Shown: in pieces, positions 8,207 through 19,148 of the stretch | Numbering within the stretch: the first letter of the stretch is position 1 | Layout: each line of letters opens with the position of its first letter | Assembly: GCA_001768235.1 (NCBI GenBank) | Contig: MENK01000035.1 | Location: 61,755 to 125,754 of the forward strand | DNA: 64,000 bases | Direction: 5' to 3' | Source of the DNA: Bacteroidetes bacterium GWB2_32_14 | Lineage (GTDB): Bacteria > Bacteroidota > Bacteroidia > Bacteroidales > UBA12077 | Notes under the pieces: model-generated | Seen by the model: the letters and a program-made list of their open reading frames with translations, nothing else | Databases searched by the model: none | What the model was told of the DNA's origin: nothing | Translations under genes and position numbers: made by a program

Positions 8207-10972
8207 ATGTCGAAAAAACTCTATTTACTAGATGCTTATGCATTAATATATCGTTCGTATTATGCATTCATTAAAAATCCCCGATTTACATCAAAAGGAT
8301 TAAATACATCTGCTATTTATGGATTTACCAACACCCTGATTGATTTAATTGCCAAAGAAAACCCGACACACATTGCAGTGGTTTTTGATCCCCCCTATCC
8401 TACTTTCCGGCACGAAATGTATAAGGAGTATAAAGCCAACAGGGAAGCAACCCCGGAAGATATTAAAAAATCTATTCCAATTATTAAGGAAATTATTGAA
8501 GGATTTAAAATCCCGGTAATTCAGGTTGACCGATACGAAGCTGATGATGTAATTGGAACTTTGGCCAAACAAGCCGAAAAGGAAGGTTTCACAACATACA
8601 TGATGACCCCGGATAAAGATTACGGGCAATTGGTTTCAGATCATATTCTAATGCTTAAACCGGGTCGTGGAGGAAACGAAATGGAGCTCGTTGATAAACA
8701 AAAAATATGTGAAAAATACTCGATTAAAGATCCCGTACAGGTTATTGATATCCTTGGTTTAATGGGAGATAGTTCTGACAATATACCCGGTGCACCGGGT
8801 ATTGGTGAAAAAACAGCCATGAAACTGATTAAGGATTTCGAAAGTATTGAAAACATATACAAACGAATAGATGAAATACCGGGTAAACAAAAAGAGAAAC
8901 TGGTTGAAAATAAAGAGTTGGTTTTTTTGTCGAAAGAATTAGCAACAATCAAACTGGATGTTCCAATTACAATTGACCCGGAACAATTAATTTTAGAAAA
9001 TCCCGATGAAGAAAAACTTACCAGACTTTTTAATGAACTTGAATTTAGAACTGTTTTGCAAAGAGTATTCCGCAAAGAGCTTCCTTCCAAACCTTCATCA
9101 AATCCTGTACAAGGCTCATTATTTGGAGAAAATGAAGTAGAAAAAGTACCATCAACTTTAAAAAACATATCAAACACAGATCATGATTATATCTTAGTTG
9201 ACACTACAGAAGATAGAAAAAATCTTATTTCGCTTTTAAGTCAACAAAAGGAAATTTGTTTTGATACAGAAACTACCGGCCTTGATCCATATTCATCCGA
9301 AATAGTAGGTTTATCCTTTTCGTTCGAAATACACAAAGCGTATTATATTCCATTTCCTGATGATCGGGAAATAACCAAATCTATGCTGAATGAATTTAAA
9401 GACATCTTCGAAAATCAGGCTATTCGCAAAATCGGGCAAAATATAAAATTTGACATTTTAATTCTTCAACAATACCAAATCCGGGTAAAAGGAGAATTAT
9501 TCGACACCATGATCGCACATTATCTCTTACAGCCTGATTTGCGCCATAATTTGAATTATTTATCAGAGCATTACCTCTCATATAAACCTGTAGAAATTGA
9601 AGAGTTAATTGGTAAAAAAGGCCCCCGCCAGGGTTCTATGAGAAATGTCCCTGTTGAACAAATAAAAGAATATGCAGCAGAAGACGCGGATATTGCCTTG
9701 CAGCTTAAATCTGTTTTTGAAAAAGATTTAAAAAACACGGGATTATCCGATCTTTCCGAAAATTTAGAAATGCCTCTAATTCCCGTGCTGGCAAACATGG
9801 AGTCAACAGGAATAAAAATTGACATCCAGGCTTTAATTGAATATTCCAAACTACTTAATAATGAACTCATTGAATCAGAGAAAAAAATATTCACCCACGC
9901 AGGTATGGAATTTAACATTTCGTCGCCTAAGCAACTGGGAGAAATATTATTTACCCGATTAAAGCTTGATTCAAATGCTAAAAAAACTAAAACACAACAA
10001 TATTCAACAAGCGAAGAAACATTAGCTATTCTTTTCGACAAACACCCAATAATTAATGACGTTCTGGAATACAGGTCATTAAAAAAGCTTCTATCTACTT
10101 ACGTAGAAGCATTACCTAAATTAATAAACCCCCTAACAGGGAAAATTCACACATCATATAACCAGGCCATTGCATCAACCGGGCGATTAAGTTCAAATAA
10201 CCCGAACCTGCAAAACATCCCTATTCGTGAAGAACGAGGAAGAGAAATCCGAAAAGCATTTATCCCTTCTGATGACAACCACGTTTTATTAGCAGCAGAC
10301 TATTCTCAAATAGAATTAAGAATAATGGCCCATTTAAGCCAGGATACAAATATGATTGCTGCATTTAAAAATAATGAGGATATACATACGGCTACAGCGG
10401 CAAAAATTTTCCACGTGGAAACAACCAACGTATCAAAAGATCAAAGGCGAAAAGCAAAAACGGCTAATTTTGGAATTATATATGGTATTTCTGCCTTTGG
10501 CTTGTCACAAAGACTTAAAGTTCCGCGTTCGGAAGCAAAACAACTCATTGATGAGTATTTTATTGGTTTTCCAAGAGTAAAAGAATACATGGATAAAAGT
10601 ATTGCCAAAGCCCGTGAAAAAGGATACGTGGAAACGATGATGGGACGTAAAAGTATTTTAAATGATATCAACTCCAGAAATAGCATTGTAAGAGGAAATG
10701 CAGAACGGTATGCCATAAATGCCCCTATCCAGGGTTCGGCCGCAGATATTATAAAACTCGCCATGATTGACATTTTTAACGAACTAAATAAAAAGAACTA
10801 TAAAAGCAAGATGATCCTGCAGGTACACGATGAGTTAATTTTTGATGTGTACAAACCCGAAGTTGATGAAATAAAAGCTTTGGTAAAGAATAGAATGGAA
10901 AATGCGATTAAACTAAGTATCCCTCTTACTGTAGATATTGGTATTGGCGAAAATTGGCTGGAGGCACATTAA
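8207..10972 (+). CDS. polA: DNA polymerase I
   Basis: 5'-3' exonuclease (LLDAYAL, EADDVIG, GDSSDNIPG), 3'-5' exonuclease (FDTET, YAAEDAD) and polymerase motifs (ADYSQIELR, KTANFGIIYG, QVHDEL). Confidence 0.99.
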   Translation: MSKKLYLLDAYALIYRSYYAFIKNPRFTSKGLNTSAIYGFTNTLIDLIAKENPTHIAVVFDPPYPTFRHEMYKEYKANREATPEDIKKSIPIIKEIIEGFKIPVIQVDRYEADDVIGTLAKQAEKEGFTTYMMTPDKDYGQLVSDHILMLKPGRGGNEMELVDKQKICEKYSIKDPVQVIDILGLMGDSSDNIPGAPGIGEKTAMKLIKDFESIENIYKRIDEIPGKQKEKLVENKELVFLSKELATIKLDVPITIDPEQLILENPDEEKLTRLFNELEFRTVLQRVFRKELPSKPSSNPVQGSLFGENEVEKVPSTLKNISNTDHDYILVDTTEDRKNLISLLSQQKEICFDTETTGLDPYSSEIVGLSFSFEIHKAYYIPFPDDREITKSMLNEFKDIFENQAIRKIGQNIKFDILILQQYQIRVKGELFDTMIAHYLLQPDLRHNLNYLSEHYLSYKPVEIEELIGKKGPRQGSMRNVPVEQIKEYAAEDADIALQLKSVFEKDLKNTGLSDLSENLEMPLIPVLANMESTGIKIDIQALIEYSKLLNNELIESEKKIFTHAGMEFNISSPKQLGEILFTRLKLDSNAKKTKTQQYSTSEETLAILFDKHPIINDVLEYRSLKKLLSTYVEALPKLINPLTGKIHTSYNQAIASTGRLSSNNPNLQNIPIREERGREIRKAFIPSDDNHVLLAADYSQIELRIMAHLSQDTNMIAAFKNNEDIHTATAAKIFHVETTNVSKDQRRKAKTANFGIIYGISAFGLSQRLKVPRSEAKQLIDEYFIGFPRVKEYMDKSIAKAREKGYVETMMGRKSILNDINSRNSIVRGNAERYAINAPIQGSAADIIKLAMIDIFNELNKKNYKSKMILQVHDELIFDVYKPEVDEIKALVKNRMENAIKLSIPLTVDIGIGENWLEAH

Positions 10973-10975
10973 TAA

Positions 10976-11011
10976 AAACAAAATGGCCAGACAGGTTTGC
11001 CTGGCCATTTT
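10976..11011. terminator. Bidirectional terminator between polA and the S41 peptidase gene
   Basis: AAAATGGCCAG-ACAGGTTTGC-CTGGCCATTTT hairpin. Confidence 0.75.
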
Positions 11012-11029
11012 AAACCCAATTTAAAATCA

Positions 11030-12805
11030 TTAATAGCTGTCAAACGAATTAAAATAATCGTCATTATTTTTTTCTTTAGCCTTTTCTTCCTTATTTATAA
11101 TATTCATACTCAAATCCTTAACATCAGAAGACTGATCTATATATTCTCCTTTTAATATTGAAGAATAAACATCTTTATTTTTAAGAATTTCAACTGCTTT
11201 AAAAATCTGTTTATCATCTTTTATACTTGCTTTAAGCTGTCCTTCCTCATAGTAATACCGGCCAATTATCTCATCGCGTAAAAACTCTTTGATTTCTGTT
11301 TTAAAGCTTTGTAAATCTTTTTCTTTATTGTTCGCTAATTTGTTTTTTAATTGTTCCAGTTCATCTTTTGCCCTATCAAAGTATTTCTCTCTTTTTACTA
11401 TTTTTTCAAGTTCTTCAAGCTCTTTTTCGCTTTGTGTTTGATATGAAAAATTCTGTTCCAGGGCAAAATCAACAAAGTCGTTATATAAATCGTCTGTTAT
11501 TTCAAAATCATCGACGGAAGGAATGTTTTGGTTTTTATAAACAAATTTAGTGGCAAAATCGAATAAAACACTCTCGGTAATTAAACTAATTGTTATCGGG
11601 CTGACTTCTTCAGGATCCATTTTAATATCGGGAATTATTCCGCCTCCATCATATACTTTTCTGCCATTTTTAGTTGAAAACTCGCTAATCAATGAGTCGG
11701 GAATATATCCAACACTTCCGTCTTCGTTTCGGTGAGCATAATCTCTTGCCTGAATACACCGGCCGCTTGGAATATAATATTTCGCCGTAGTAACTTTTAG
11801 CTGACTGTTATAACTTAGAGGAACTGTCGTTTGTACAAGTCCTTTACCGTATGTACGTTGACCAAGAATAACCGCCCTGTCAAGATCCTGCATTGCTCCT
11901 GCTACAATTTCGGCTGCTGATGCTGATGCCCTGTTAACCAATATTACCAAAGGTATCTCTGTATCAAACGGCAATTCTGTTGTTTGGTAAACCTGATCCC
12001 ATTTTTCAATTTTCCCTTTCGTGCTAACAATTTCCTGACCTTTTTCGACAAAAATATTGCAAATTTTGGGCGCTTCAATAAGTAATCCCCCGGGATTTCC
12101 CCGCATATCAATAATTAAGGATGTAATCTGATGTTCTGTTTTTAGCTCTCTTAATGCATCTTTTAATTCTTTGGAAACATCGGGGGTGAATTTTGTAACA
12201 CAAATATACCCTACACCCGGTTCAACAACCCCATAATAAGGAATACTTGTAATTTTAATCTCTTCACGAACAATCTCTTTGTCAAATTTTTCATTCGTCC
12301 AGGGGCGTTCAACCACTAATTTTACTTTTGTTTTAGGTACTCCTTTTAATTTTTCACTTATTTTATCAATCTGAATATCATTTGTAGAAACACCATCTAT
12401 TTCGAGTATTATATCTCCTGCTTTTAATCCTGCTTTATCTGCAGGAAATCCTTTATATGGCTGGGCAATTATTGGTTTTTTGTCTTTGTTTCTAATAAGA
12501 GCCCCGATACCCCCGTATTGACCTGTTGTCATAAAAGCAAATTCGTCGAGTTCGGATTCCGGGATATAAACAGTATATGGATCAAGAGATTCGAGCATTG
12601 CATTAATACTGGTTTCAACCATTTTTTCAGGATCTGTTTCATCGACATAATATACGTTCACATCACGAAACAAAGAAAAATAAATATCAAGGCTTTTGGC
12701 TATTTTAAAATCATCGCCATTTTTAAATCCCCAAAATGAAATTATAGCAATTAAAACAAACCCGGCTATAATTATTGTTTTCTGTATTTTATTTGTTTTT
12801 TTCAT
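11030..12805 (-). CDS. S41 family carboxyl-terminal processing protease with PDZ domain
   Basis: LDPYT, GGIGA (PDZ), IDMRGNPGG, SASAAEI, TYGKGLVQ, GGGIIPD. Confidence 0.95.
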   Translation of the reverse strand: MKKTNKIQKTIIIAGFVLIAIISFWGFKNGDDFKIAKSLDIYFSLFRDVNVYYVDETDPEKMVETSINAMLESLDPYTVYIPESELDEFAFMTTGQYGGIGALIRNKDKKPIIAQPYKGFPADKAGLKAGDIILEIDGVSTNDIQIDKISEKLKGVPKTKVKLVVERPWTNEKFDKEIVREEIKITSIPYYGVVEPGVGYICVTKFTPDVSKELKDALRELKTEHQITSLIIDMRGNPGGLLIEAPKICNIFVEKGQEIVSTKGKIEKWDQVYQTTELPFDTEIPLVILVNRASASAAEIVAGAMQDLDRAVILGQRTYGKGLVQTTVPLSYNSQLKVTTAKYYIPSGRCIQARDYAHRNEDGSVGYIPDSLISEFSTKNGRKVYDGGGIIPDIKMDPEEVSPITISLITESVLFDFATKFVYKNQNIPSVDDFEITDDLYNDFVDFALEQNFSYQTQSEKELEELEKIVKREKYFDRAKDELEQLKNKLANNKEKDLQSFKTEIKEFLRDEIIGRYYYEEGQLKASIKDDKQIFKAVEILKNKDVYSSILKGEYIDQSSDVKDLSMNIINKEEKAKEKNNDDYFNSFDSY

Positions 12806-12943
12806 TGTATCTAAATTTTTTTTACAATTTCAATCCGCTTGCCAAACTATGCAAATTTAAAGAAAAAACAGTGCTTGCTTTTATTATTAACATTATTTAA
12901 CTTAATACCAGGACATTCCTGATTTTATAAATTTGTTTTTTGA

Positions 12944-13345
12944 TTAACACTCCTGACTGTTTAAATGTTCGATAAATTTGGATATTAATAGTTTAATATC
13001 ATTTTCAATTTTTAGGGAATCCGGTTTCTCAGAAGCAACATAAACTATTAGAAAATAGGCATTTCTATTCCTACAATTAATATTTTTGTACAATCCGTCT
13101 TTATTTTTTCGATAAGCCTCTCGTATCTTCCTTTTTATTTCATTCCTGTCAACCGCGCGACTAAATTTTTTCTTTGAAACACTAATGGCAACTTTCGCAG
13201 GATACTTAAAATCAGCCGATTCGGGTAAAATTTTATAAATTAATCTAAATGGGTAATGTGTAATTGATTTGCTTTCGAAAAATAATGATTCGATTAATTT
13301 GCGGCTTTTAAGTCTTTCTTCTTTATTAAATCCCAAAGTTTTCAT
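12944..13345 (-). CDS. rnpA: Ribonuclease P protein component
   Basis: Start MKTLGFNKEERLKS (ATG at 13345); SVSKKKFSRAVDRNEIKRKIREAYR (RNR motif). Confidence 0.92.
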   Translation of the reverse strand: MKTLGFNKEERLKSRKLIESLFFESKSITHYPFRLIYKILPESADFKYPAKVAISVSKKKFSRAVDRNEIKRKIREAYRKNKDGLYKNINCRNRNAYFLIVYVASEKPDSLKIENDIKLLISKFIEHLNSQEC

Positions 13346-13421
13346 CAGGAGTAAAGGTATATTTTTTTGAAAAAAAAAGGAAAGTATTGATACTTTCCTT
13401 ATAAACATTAAAAAGGAAGAA

Positions 13422-14174
13422 TTATTTATTTGTTTTATTGTATTCGTGAATATACTGTTCAATAGCCATAGTCATAGAAGGAGCTTCTTTTGAAGGGGCT
13501 TTGATATCCGCCTTTAACCCGGCATCTTTTACCGCCTTGGCTGTTTTAGGGCCAAACGCTGCAATTTTTGTGTTGTTTTGTTTAAAATCAGGGAAATTCT
13601 CGAATAATGATTTTATTCCTGAAGGGCTGTAAAAAACAAGCATATCATAATTTACATTTGCTAAATCAGATAAATTAGCACTTACCGTTTTATACATAAC
13701 CGCTTTCGTGAACTTTATCTTACTTTGTTCCAGCTTTTTCGGTATTTCTTCTTTATGAGCATCAGATACCGGAACAAGGAATTTTTCATCTTTATGCTTT
13801 TTTAAGAGTTCCATAATATCTACAAATTTCCCGTCGCCATAAAAAATCTTTCTTTTTCTGAAAACGGTATATTTTTGAAGATAAAAAGCCGTGGCCTCCG
13901 AGATACAAAAATATTTCATTGTATCCGGAACTGCGAGCCTGAGCTCTTCACATATTCTAAAATAATGATCTATTGAAGTGCGGCTTGTAAAAATTACAGC
14001 AGAGTGAGTTAAAATATCAATTTTTGATTTTCTAAAATCTTTTGCTGACAATCCTTCCACTTGAATAAATTGTCTAAAATCTACCTTAAGGTGGTGTTTT
14101 TCAGCTAATTCCAAATAAGGAGATTTATCGTTTTGCGGTTTGGGTTGAGATACTAAAATCGTCTTAATTTTCAT
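13422..14174 (-). CDS. hemD: Uroporphyrinogen-III synthase (HemD-like)
   Basis: MKIKTILVSQPKP, VIFTS, VFYSPSGIKS, AAFGPKTA; Bacteroidota DUF4271-hemD-rnpA synteny. Confidence 0.85.
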   Translation of the reverse strand: MKIKTILVSQPKPQNDKSPYLELAEKHHLKVDFRQFIQVEGLSAKDFRKSKIDILTHSAVIFTSRTSIDHYFRICEELRLAVPDTMKYFCISEATAFYLQKYTVFRKRKIFYGDGKFVDIMELLKKHKDEKFLVPVSDAHKEEIPKKLEQSKIKFTKAVMYKTVSANLSDLANVNYDMLVFYSPSGIKSLFENFPDFKQNNTKIAAFGPKTAKAVKDAGLKADIKAPSKEAPSMTMAIEQYIHEYNKTNK

Positions 14175-14219
14175 GTACAATTTTATTGAATTAATTTTTC
14201 AAATCACCTATTCTTCCCG

Positions 14220-15359
14220 CTAATTAAGAGATAGTAATAGTTTGTAAATGATCAATAATGGTGCAAATTCGAAAGCACAAAGATACAAAATCATATAAAA
14301 AACAGAAACATTCTTTCGAATTATTACCTGAAATGATCTGTGTATTTGTAAAAGATACAATAAACCAATACCTGCCATTCCAATATAAATTATAACTGGA
14401 AGATATTCTAGTGAAAGAAATTGTACTGTTACAATTACCGGGAAGATTAACAACCCTGTGTTTTTTGTAAAAATATTCACATTATGAAAATATTCCTGAA
14501 AAACTTTTTGCTTTAAAAAAACACTTCCTACAAACCATGTAGTAAATGCCCTGTATATATAAAACACAAGCAAAATGGCAAAAATTATAGCATACAGGTA
14601 ATAATGTTTAAGATTTCCGAATTGTACATTGTAAAATTGTGCTACCTGAATTACAAATATTGAAATATTGCTTAAAAACAAGATGTTAACCAAAAACGAG
14701 GCTTTTTCCATTAATGAATTTTTCTCGCGAAACATCGTGCTGGCTTCCTGGTAACTGATTGCAGACCGAATAAGCGATACTAAATATTTGTTAAAAAACA
14801 ACCGTACAAACCCCAAAATAATAAACGATAACAGCAATACGCCTAAAATCCAGTCGAAGTGAAGCTTATTTCCTTTCACCCGGGGTTCTATTTCTATTCT
14901 TTTTTCGGCAATTATTTTCTGTTTTTCCCCCGATTTTTGATTTAACGCCGGGTTTTCAATAATTACAATTTGATTCTTTATATTTTCTGTTTCTTTATTT
15001 ACGGGAAGGTTATATAAAAAATTCTGATAGAACATATCCTGATTGAACCTTTCCGATAATGGGGTTTTATAAATCTGGAGATTTTCAAAAAGGAGCTTTG
15101 ACGTGTCCGTTTTTTGAATTTTATTTTTATACCTTAACTGATTCTCCTTTTGAATTTGAATTTCACGTTCTTCATTAATCCTGAAAATTGAATCTGCAGA
15201 ACTTAAATCAAGAGTTTTTATTTTGCCCTGTATTAAAGTATCTGTATTAATCTGAGATGAAATTTGAACCGGGCCTGTTTCTGTAATACTTGTATCTGCG
15301 ACAAAGCCTAAATTGCTTTTATTCATGAATGTGTTGTTAGAATTTTGTAAAACAGGCAT
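14220..15359 (-). CDS. DUF4271 family membrane protein
   Basis: Multiple C-terminal TM segments ending YMILYLCAFEFAP; located directly upstream of hemD. Confidence 0.8.
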   Translation of the reverse strand: MPVLQNSNNTFMNKSNLGFVADTSITETGPVQISSQINTDTLIQGKIKTLDLSSADSIFRINEEREIQIQKENQLRYKNKIQKTDTSKLLFENLQIYKTPLSERFNQDMFYQNFLYNLPVNKETENIKNQIVIIENPALNQKSGEKQKIIAEKRIEIEPRVKGNKLHFDWILGVLLLSFIILGFVRLFFNKYLVSLIRSAISYQEASTMFREKNSLMEKASFLVNILFLSNISIFVIQVAQFYNVQFGNLKHYYLYAIIFAILLVFYIYRAFTTWFVGSVFLKQKVFQEYFHNVNIFTKNTGLLIFPVIVTVQFLSLEYLPVIIYIGMAGIGLLYLLQIHRSFQVIIRKNVSVFYMILYLCAFEFAPLLIIYKLLLSLN

Positions 15360-15384
15360 TTTATTATTCTTTGCAAATTTGCTG

Positions 15385-15392
15385 CAAAGATA
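15385..15392 (-). promoter_or_regulatory. Sigma-A -7 element for DUF4271-hemD-rnpA
   Basis: CAAAGATA on the + strand = TATCTTTG on the - strand, 26 nt upstream of the ATG. Confidence 0.6.
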
Positions 15393-15652
15393 ATGGTTTT
15401 AATAATACTTCATATTTCTGTTTTATAAAAATCGTTTGATGAATTAAAATATTCCCCGGGTAAGTTTATACTATCCTGCCAAAGAAATATTCCTGTACGA
15501 AAGTAAATAAAAGAGTAAATCCGAAAATCTACGGGTGATTAAACCTCGTTTTTATAGTTTTTATTAACTCATTTTCTGCTACTTACAACCAGTTATTTAA
15601 TATTATTATTCACATCCTGAATAATTACAAATTTTTAATAACCTGTTCCTGT

Positions 15653-17461
15653 TTATATTTTATTAAAATATTCAAGCATTAATTTTGATTTTACACTTCC
15701 AATTTCACTTGATAATTCGTCCGGAGAAAGTGTCCTGATTTTTTTTATTGTTTTGTATTTGGTGAGCAATTGCTCAATGGTTTTTTCTCCAATACCGGGA
15801 ATATTTTCAAGTTCACTTTTTATAAAATTGCCCGATCGTTTATTTCGGTGAAACTTTATTCCAAAACGATGAGCTTCGTTGCGAATATGCTGAATAATTT
15901 TTAATGATTCGGAATTCTTATCCAGATATATGGGAACAGGATCGTTCGGGAAAAAAATTTCTTCTAATCGTTTTGCTATTCCTATAATTGAAACATTTGT
16001 TTTTATCTGAAGTTTTTCAAGACTTTTTAAAGCAGCGTTTAATTGTCCTTTTCCTCCATCAATTACAATCAACTGAGGTAAACCCATGTTTTCATCAAGC
16101 AATCTTTTATATCTCCTGAAAACAACTTCTTCCATCGAAGCAAAATCATTCGGGCCTTCAACGGTTTTGATATTATAATGCCTGTAATCTTTTGTACTTG
16201 GTTTGCCGTTTTTAAAAACAACACATGCAGCCACGGGGTTTGTTCCCTGTATATTTGAATTATCAAAACATTCTATATGCTCTGGCAAAACATTTAGATT
16301 TAATTCTTTTTTTAAAAGTTCAAGTACCCGCTTTCCTGAATGTTTTTCTTTCTTTTTTTCTGATTTCTTTTGTTTTTCAAGCCTGTAATATTTTAGGTTA
16401 CGCCCGGATAAATCCAGAAGAGCTTTTTTATCTCCCTTTTGAGGAACAGTAAATTTTACTTGCTCTATTTTAAAATCAATTTCAAATGGAACAATAATTT
16501 CTTTCGCATTGCTTGAAAACCTGTTTCTAATTTCAATAATTGCCATTATAAGCATATCATTTATACTCTCGTCAAGTTTTTTCTTTATTTCAAGTGTATG
16601 AGCCTGAATTATTATTCCATCGTTTACTTTTAGAAAATTTACATAAGCAGCGTTTTTATCATCGAGAATAGAAAAAACATCAATATTTGTAAGACCCGGG
16701 TTTACGATGGTTGACTTGCTTTTATATTTTTCAAGTATCTCTATTTTGTTTTTAATTACCTGGGCATCTTCAAATTTAAATTCAGACGAATATTTGAGCA
16801 TTATATTATTCAGGTAATGAATTAATTGGTGTATATTTCCTTTAAGTATTTGTTTAATATATTCTATTGAATTATTATAATCTTCAGAAGATTGTAGCGC
16901 GATACACGGGGCTTTACAATTTCCAATATGATATTCAAGACAGGGTTTGAATTTTTTTTGCCTGATGTTTTGTTCTGTTAAATTTAAATTACAATTCCGC
17001 AATGGATAGAGTTGTTTTACCAAGTCGAGTAAAACTTTTACCATATAAACAGAAGTATATGGGCCGAAATATCGCGATCCATCATTAACTATTGACCTGG
17101 TATAAAATACACGGGGAAAAGGTTCGTTTTTAACACATATCCAGGGAAATGTTTTATCATCCTTGAGTAATATATTGTAGCGGGGTTGATGTTTCTTAAT
17201 CAGATTATTCTCCAGAAGTAACGCATCCGACTCAGATTCAACAACAATATATTCTATCCTGTTAATTTTACTTACTAAAACTTTTAGTTTATTGTTGTCG
17301 AACCTGTCTTTTGTAAAATATGATGAAACTCTTTTTTTTAAATTCTTTGCCTTACCAACGTAAATTATTTCATTTAATTGATTAAAAAATTGATATACTC
17401 CTGCACTATCAGGCAGAACAGAAATAACAGAAGCAAATTTTTCTTTTTGTTTTTCTGGCAT
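15653..17461 (-). CDS. uvrC: Excinuclease ABC subunit C
   Basis: GIY-YIG (GVYQF..IIYVGKAKNLKKRV), IECFDNS, VIDGGKGQL, RNEAHRF, C-terminal HhH IPGIGEK. Confidence 0.98.
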   Translation of the reverse strand: MPEKQKEKFASVISVLPDSAGVYQFFNQLNEIIYVGKAKNLKKRVSSYFTKDRFDNNKLKVLVSKINRIEYIVVESESDALLLENNLIKKHQPRYNILLKDDKTFPWICVKNEPFPRVFYTRSIVNDGSRYFGPYTSVYMVKVLLDLVKQLYPLRNCNLNLTEQNIRQKKFKPCLEYHIGNCKAPCIALQSSEDYNNSIEYIKQILKGNIHQLIHYLNNIMLKYSSEFKFEDAQVIKNKIEILEKYKSKSTIVNPGLTNIDVFSILDDKNAAYVNFLKVNDGIIIQAHTLEIKKKLDESINDMLIMAIIEIRNRFSSNAKEIIVPFEIDFKIEQVKFTVPQKGDKKALLDLSGRNLKYYRLEKQKKSEKKKEKHSGKRVLELLKKELNLNVLPEHIECFDNSNIQGTNPVAACVVFKNGKPSTKDYRHYNIKTVEGPNDFASMEEVVFRRYKRLLDENMGLPQLIVIDGGKGQLNAALKSLEKLQIKTNVSIIGIAKRLEEIFFPNDPVPIYLDKNSESLKIIQHIRNEAHRFGIKFHRNKRSGNFIKSELENIPGIGEKTIEQLLTKYKTIKKIRTLSPDELSSEIGSVKSKLMLEYFNKI

Positions 17462-19095
17462 TATTCAGTAAAAAGTGAAGTAAACTGAAATTTCGAAACA
17501 TCAAAAAGGCCTTTATCTCCGATTTTCAATTCAGGAATAACCAATAAGGCCATAAAAGCCATTGTCATAAACGGTGCTGTTAATGTTGATCCCATCATTT
17601 TTGCCTGTGTGTTTACCTTTTCATATTTAGCGGCAACTTCTTCCGCCTGTTCGGTTGACATTAACCCGGCAACATTTAATTTTAAATCAACAATTTGTTT
17701 GCTGTCACAAGCAACAATACCTCCCTTGTTTTCAATTACCGTATTAATGGCTTTAACAATATCGTTATCGGTGGTTCCTATGGCTATAATATTATGACTA
17801 TCGTGTGCAATACTTCCAGCTATAGCTCCTGATTTTAAATTAAAATTTTTTATTAATCCCACTACCGGGATTTCGTTTTTATACCTGTTTACAATTACTA
17901 TTTTTAATATGTCCCTTTCGACATCAGCAACAACATTCCCATTATGCATTTTGGGCTCTGTTACTATTTTTTTTGTCAACAAATCACCATCTTTTGCAAC
18001 AATAACATTTACTTTCCCTTTTGATTCCGGAATAAAAATGTCTTTTTCGGAAATTTTGCTACAATTAAAATTATTTACAGGAGCTTCATTTACCTGATTA
18101 ATAAATACCTCCCCGTTATCAAAAACCAAACAGCCGTTTATGTATGTTTTAATTACATCAAAATCAACCAGGTCTTTTACAATAATAAAATCTGCAGCAT
18201 CTCCGCTTCTTAATAAACCAACATTTAAATTGTAATGTTCTACAGGATTTTTAATGGCCACAGTTAATACATCATAAATATTTGCTCCTTTACGAATTGC
18301 CCTGCCAGCTATTTTATTAATGTGTCCGTTAATTAAATCATTCGGGTGACAATCATCGGTACACAACATTGTTTTTTCCGGATAAGAATTTATTAAAGGA
18401 AATAAATTTTCAAAATCTTTTGCAGCGCTTCCTTCACGAATTTGCACTTTAATTCCACAATTTATTTTTTCAACAGCTTCATCCAGGGTAGAACATTCAT
18501 GATCTGTAGTAATCCCCGCCGAAGCATATTTCTTTAAATCAGGGCCGCTTAATCCCGGGGCATGGCCGTCGATTGGCTTGTTTACCTTATAAGCAGCATT
18601 CATTTTTGAATGAACTTCCTTATCGTTGAAAATTACTCCCGGAAAATTCATCATTTCCGCTAAATAATAAATGTCGGGATTATTTAATAATTTTTCGATA
18701 TCAGATGAATTAATAACTGCGCCAGAGGTTTCGAAGGATGTGGCAGGAACACAAGATGGCGCACCAAAAAAGAATTTAAAAGGAACTTTTTTACTGTTTT
18801 GGATCATATATTCAACACCAGCAATTCCTAACACATTCGCAATTTCATGAGGGTCAGACACGGTTGCAACAGTTCCATGTTTAACTGCAGCCCGGGCAAA
18901 AGATGACGGAACCATCATTGAACTTTCAATATGCACATGAGAATCTACAAATCCGGGAATAATATAGTTAGATTGTTCCTGCCCGATTTCTGTTATTTTT
19001 TCTATTTTCCCGTTAACAACACTTACCTGAGCATTAAACGTTTTCCTATTAAAAACATCTACCAATTTACCAGCAACTACAAAAGAATCATTCAT
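17461..19095 (-). CDS. ade: Adenine deaminase
   Basis: PGFVDSHVHIESS, DPHEIANV, AEMMNFPGV, DGHAPG, TDHEC, IREGSAA, CTDD, AHDSHN; TAATG overlap with uvrC. Confidence 0.96.
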   Translation of the reverse strand: MNDSFVVAGKLVDVFNRKTFNAQVSVVNGKIEKITEIGQEQSNYIIPGFVDSHVHIESSMMVPSSFARAAVKHGTVATVSDPHEIANVLGIAGVEYMIQNSKKVPFKFFFGAPSCVPATSFETSGAVINSSDIEKLLNNPDIYYLAEMMNFPGVIFNDKEVHSKMNAAYKVNKPIDGHAPGLSGPDLKKYASAGITTDHECSTLDEAVEKINCGIKVQIREGSAAKDFENLFPLINSYPEKTMLCTDDCHPNDLINGHINKIAGRAIRKGANIYDVLTVAIKNPVEHYNLNVGLLRSGDAADFIIVKDLVDFDVIKTYINGCLVFDNGEVFINQVNEAPVNNFNCSKISEKDIFIPESKGKVNVIVAKDGDLLTKKIVTEPKMHNGNVVADVERDILKIVIVNRYKNEIPVVGLIKNFNLKSGAIAGSIAHDSHNIIAIGTTDNDIVKAINTVIENKGGIVACDSKQIVDLKLNVAGLMSTEQAEEVAAKYEKVNTQAKMMGSTLTAPFMTMAFMALLVIPELKIGDKGLFDVSKFQFTSLFTE

Positions 19096-19118
19096 CTTAT
19101 ATAAAATTTTTAGTTTTT

Positions 19119-19134
19119 TGTTCCACGTGGAACA
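19119..19134. promoter_or_regulatory. parS centromere site (perfect palindrome)
   Basis: TGTTCCACGTGGAACA matches the canonical ParB-binding parS consensus. Confidence 0.88.
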
Positions 19135-19148
19135 AGAAGAATTGATTT

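Noticed and set aside
10407-10422. parS-like palindrome inside polA (TTTTCCACGTGGAAAC)
   Set aside because: Three mismatches to consensus and explainable by the codons IFHVET.
8345-10773. Short ORFs antisense to or overlapping polA, and similar shadow ORFs over mnmG, uvrC, ruvB, the RND permease and others
   Set aside because: They lie entirely within well-supported genes, have no recognisable motifs, and their Ser/Phe/Ile-rich composition is typical of antisense frames.
13346-13462. N-terminal extension of RnpA in the ORF track (likewise dtd from 2793, TetR from 51837, Crp from 32610)
   Set aside because: The extensions overlap neighbouring genes or promoter motifs or lack family similarity; internal ATGs match the family N-termini.
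15360-15652. ncRNA or second origin in the uvrC-DUF4271 gap (contains TTATTCACA at 15606)
   Set aside because: Only one or two box-like 9-mers, no trio tract and no convincing secondary structure; best read as promoter region.
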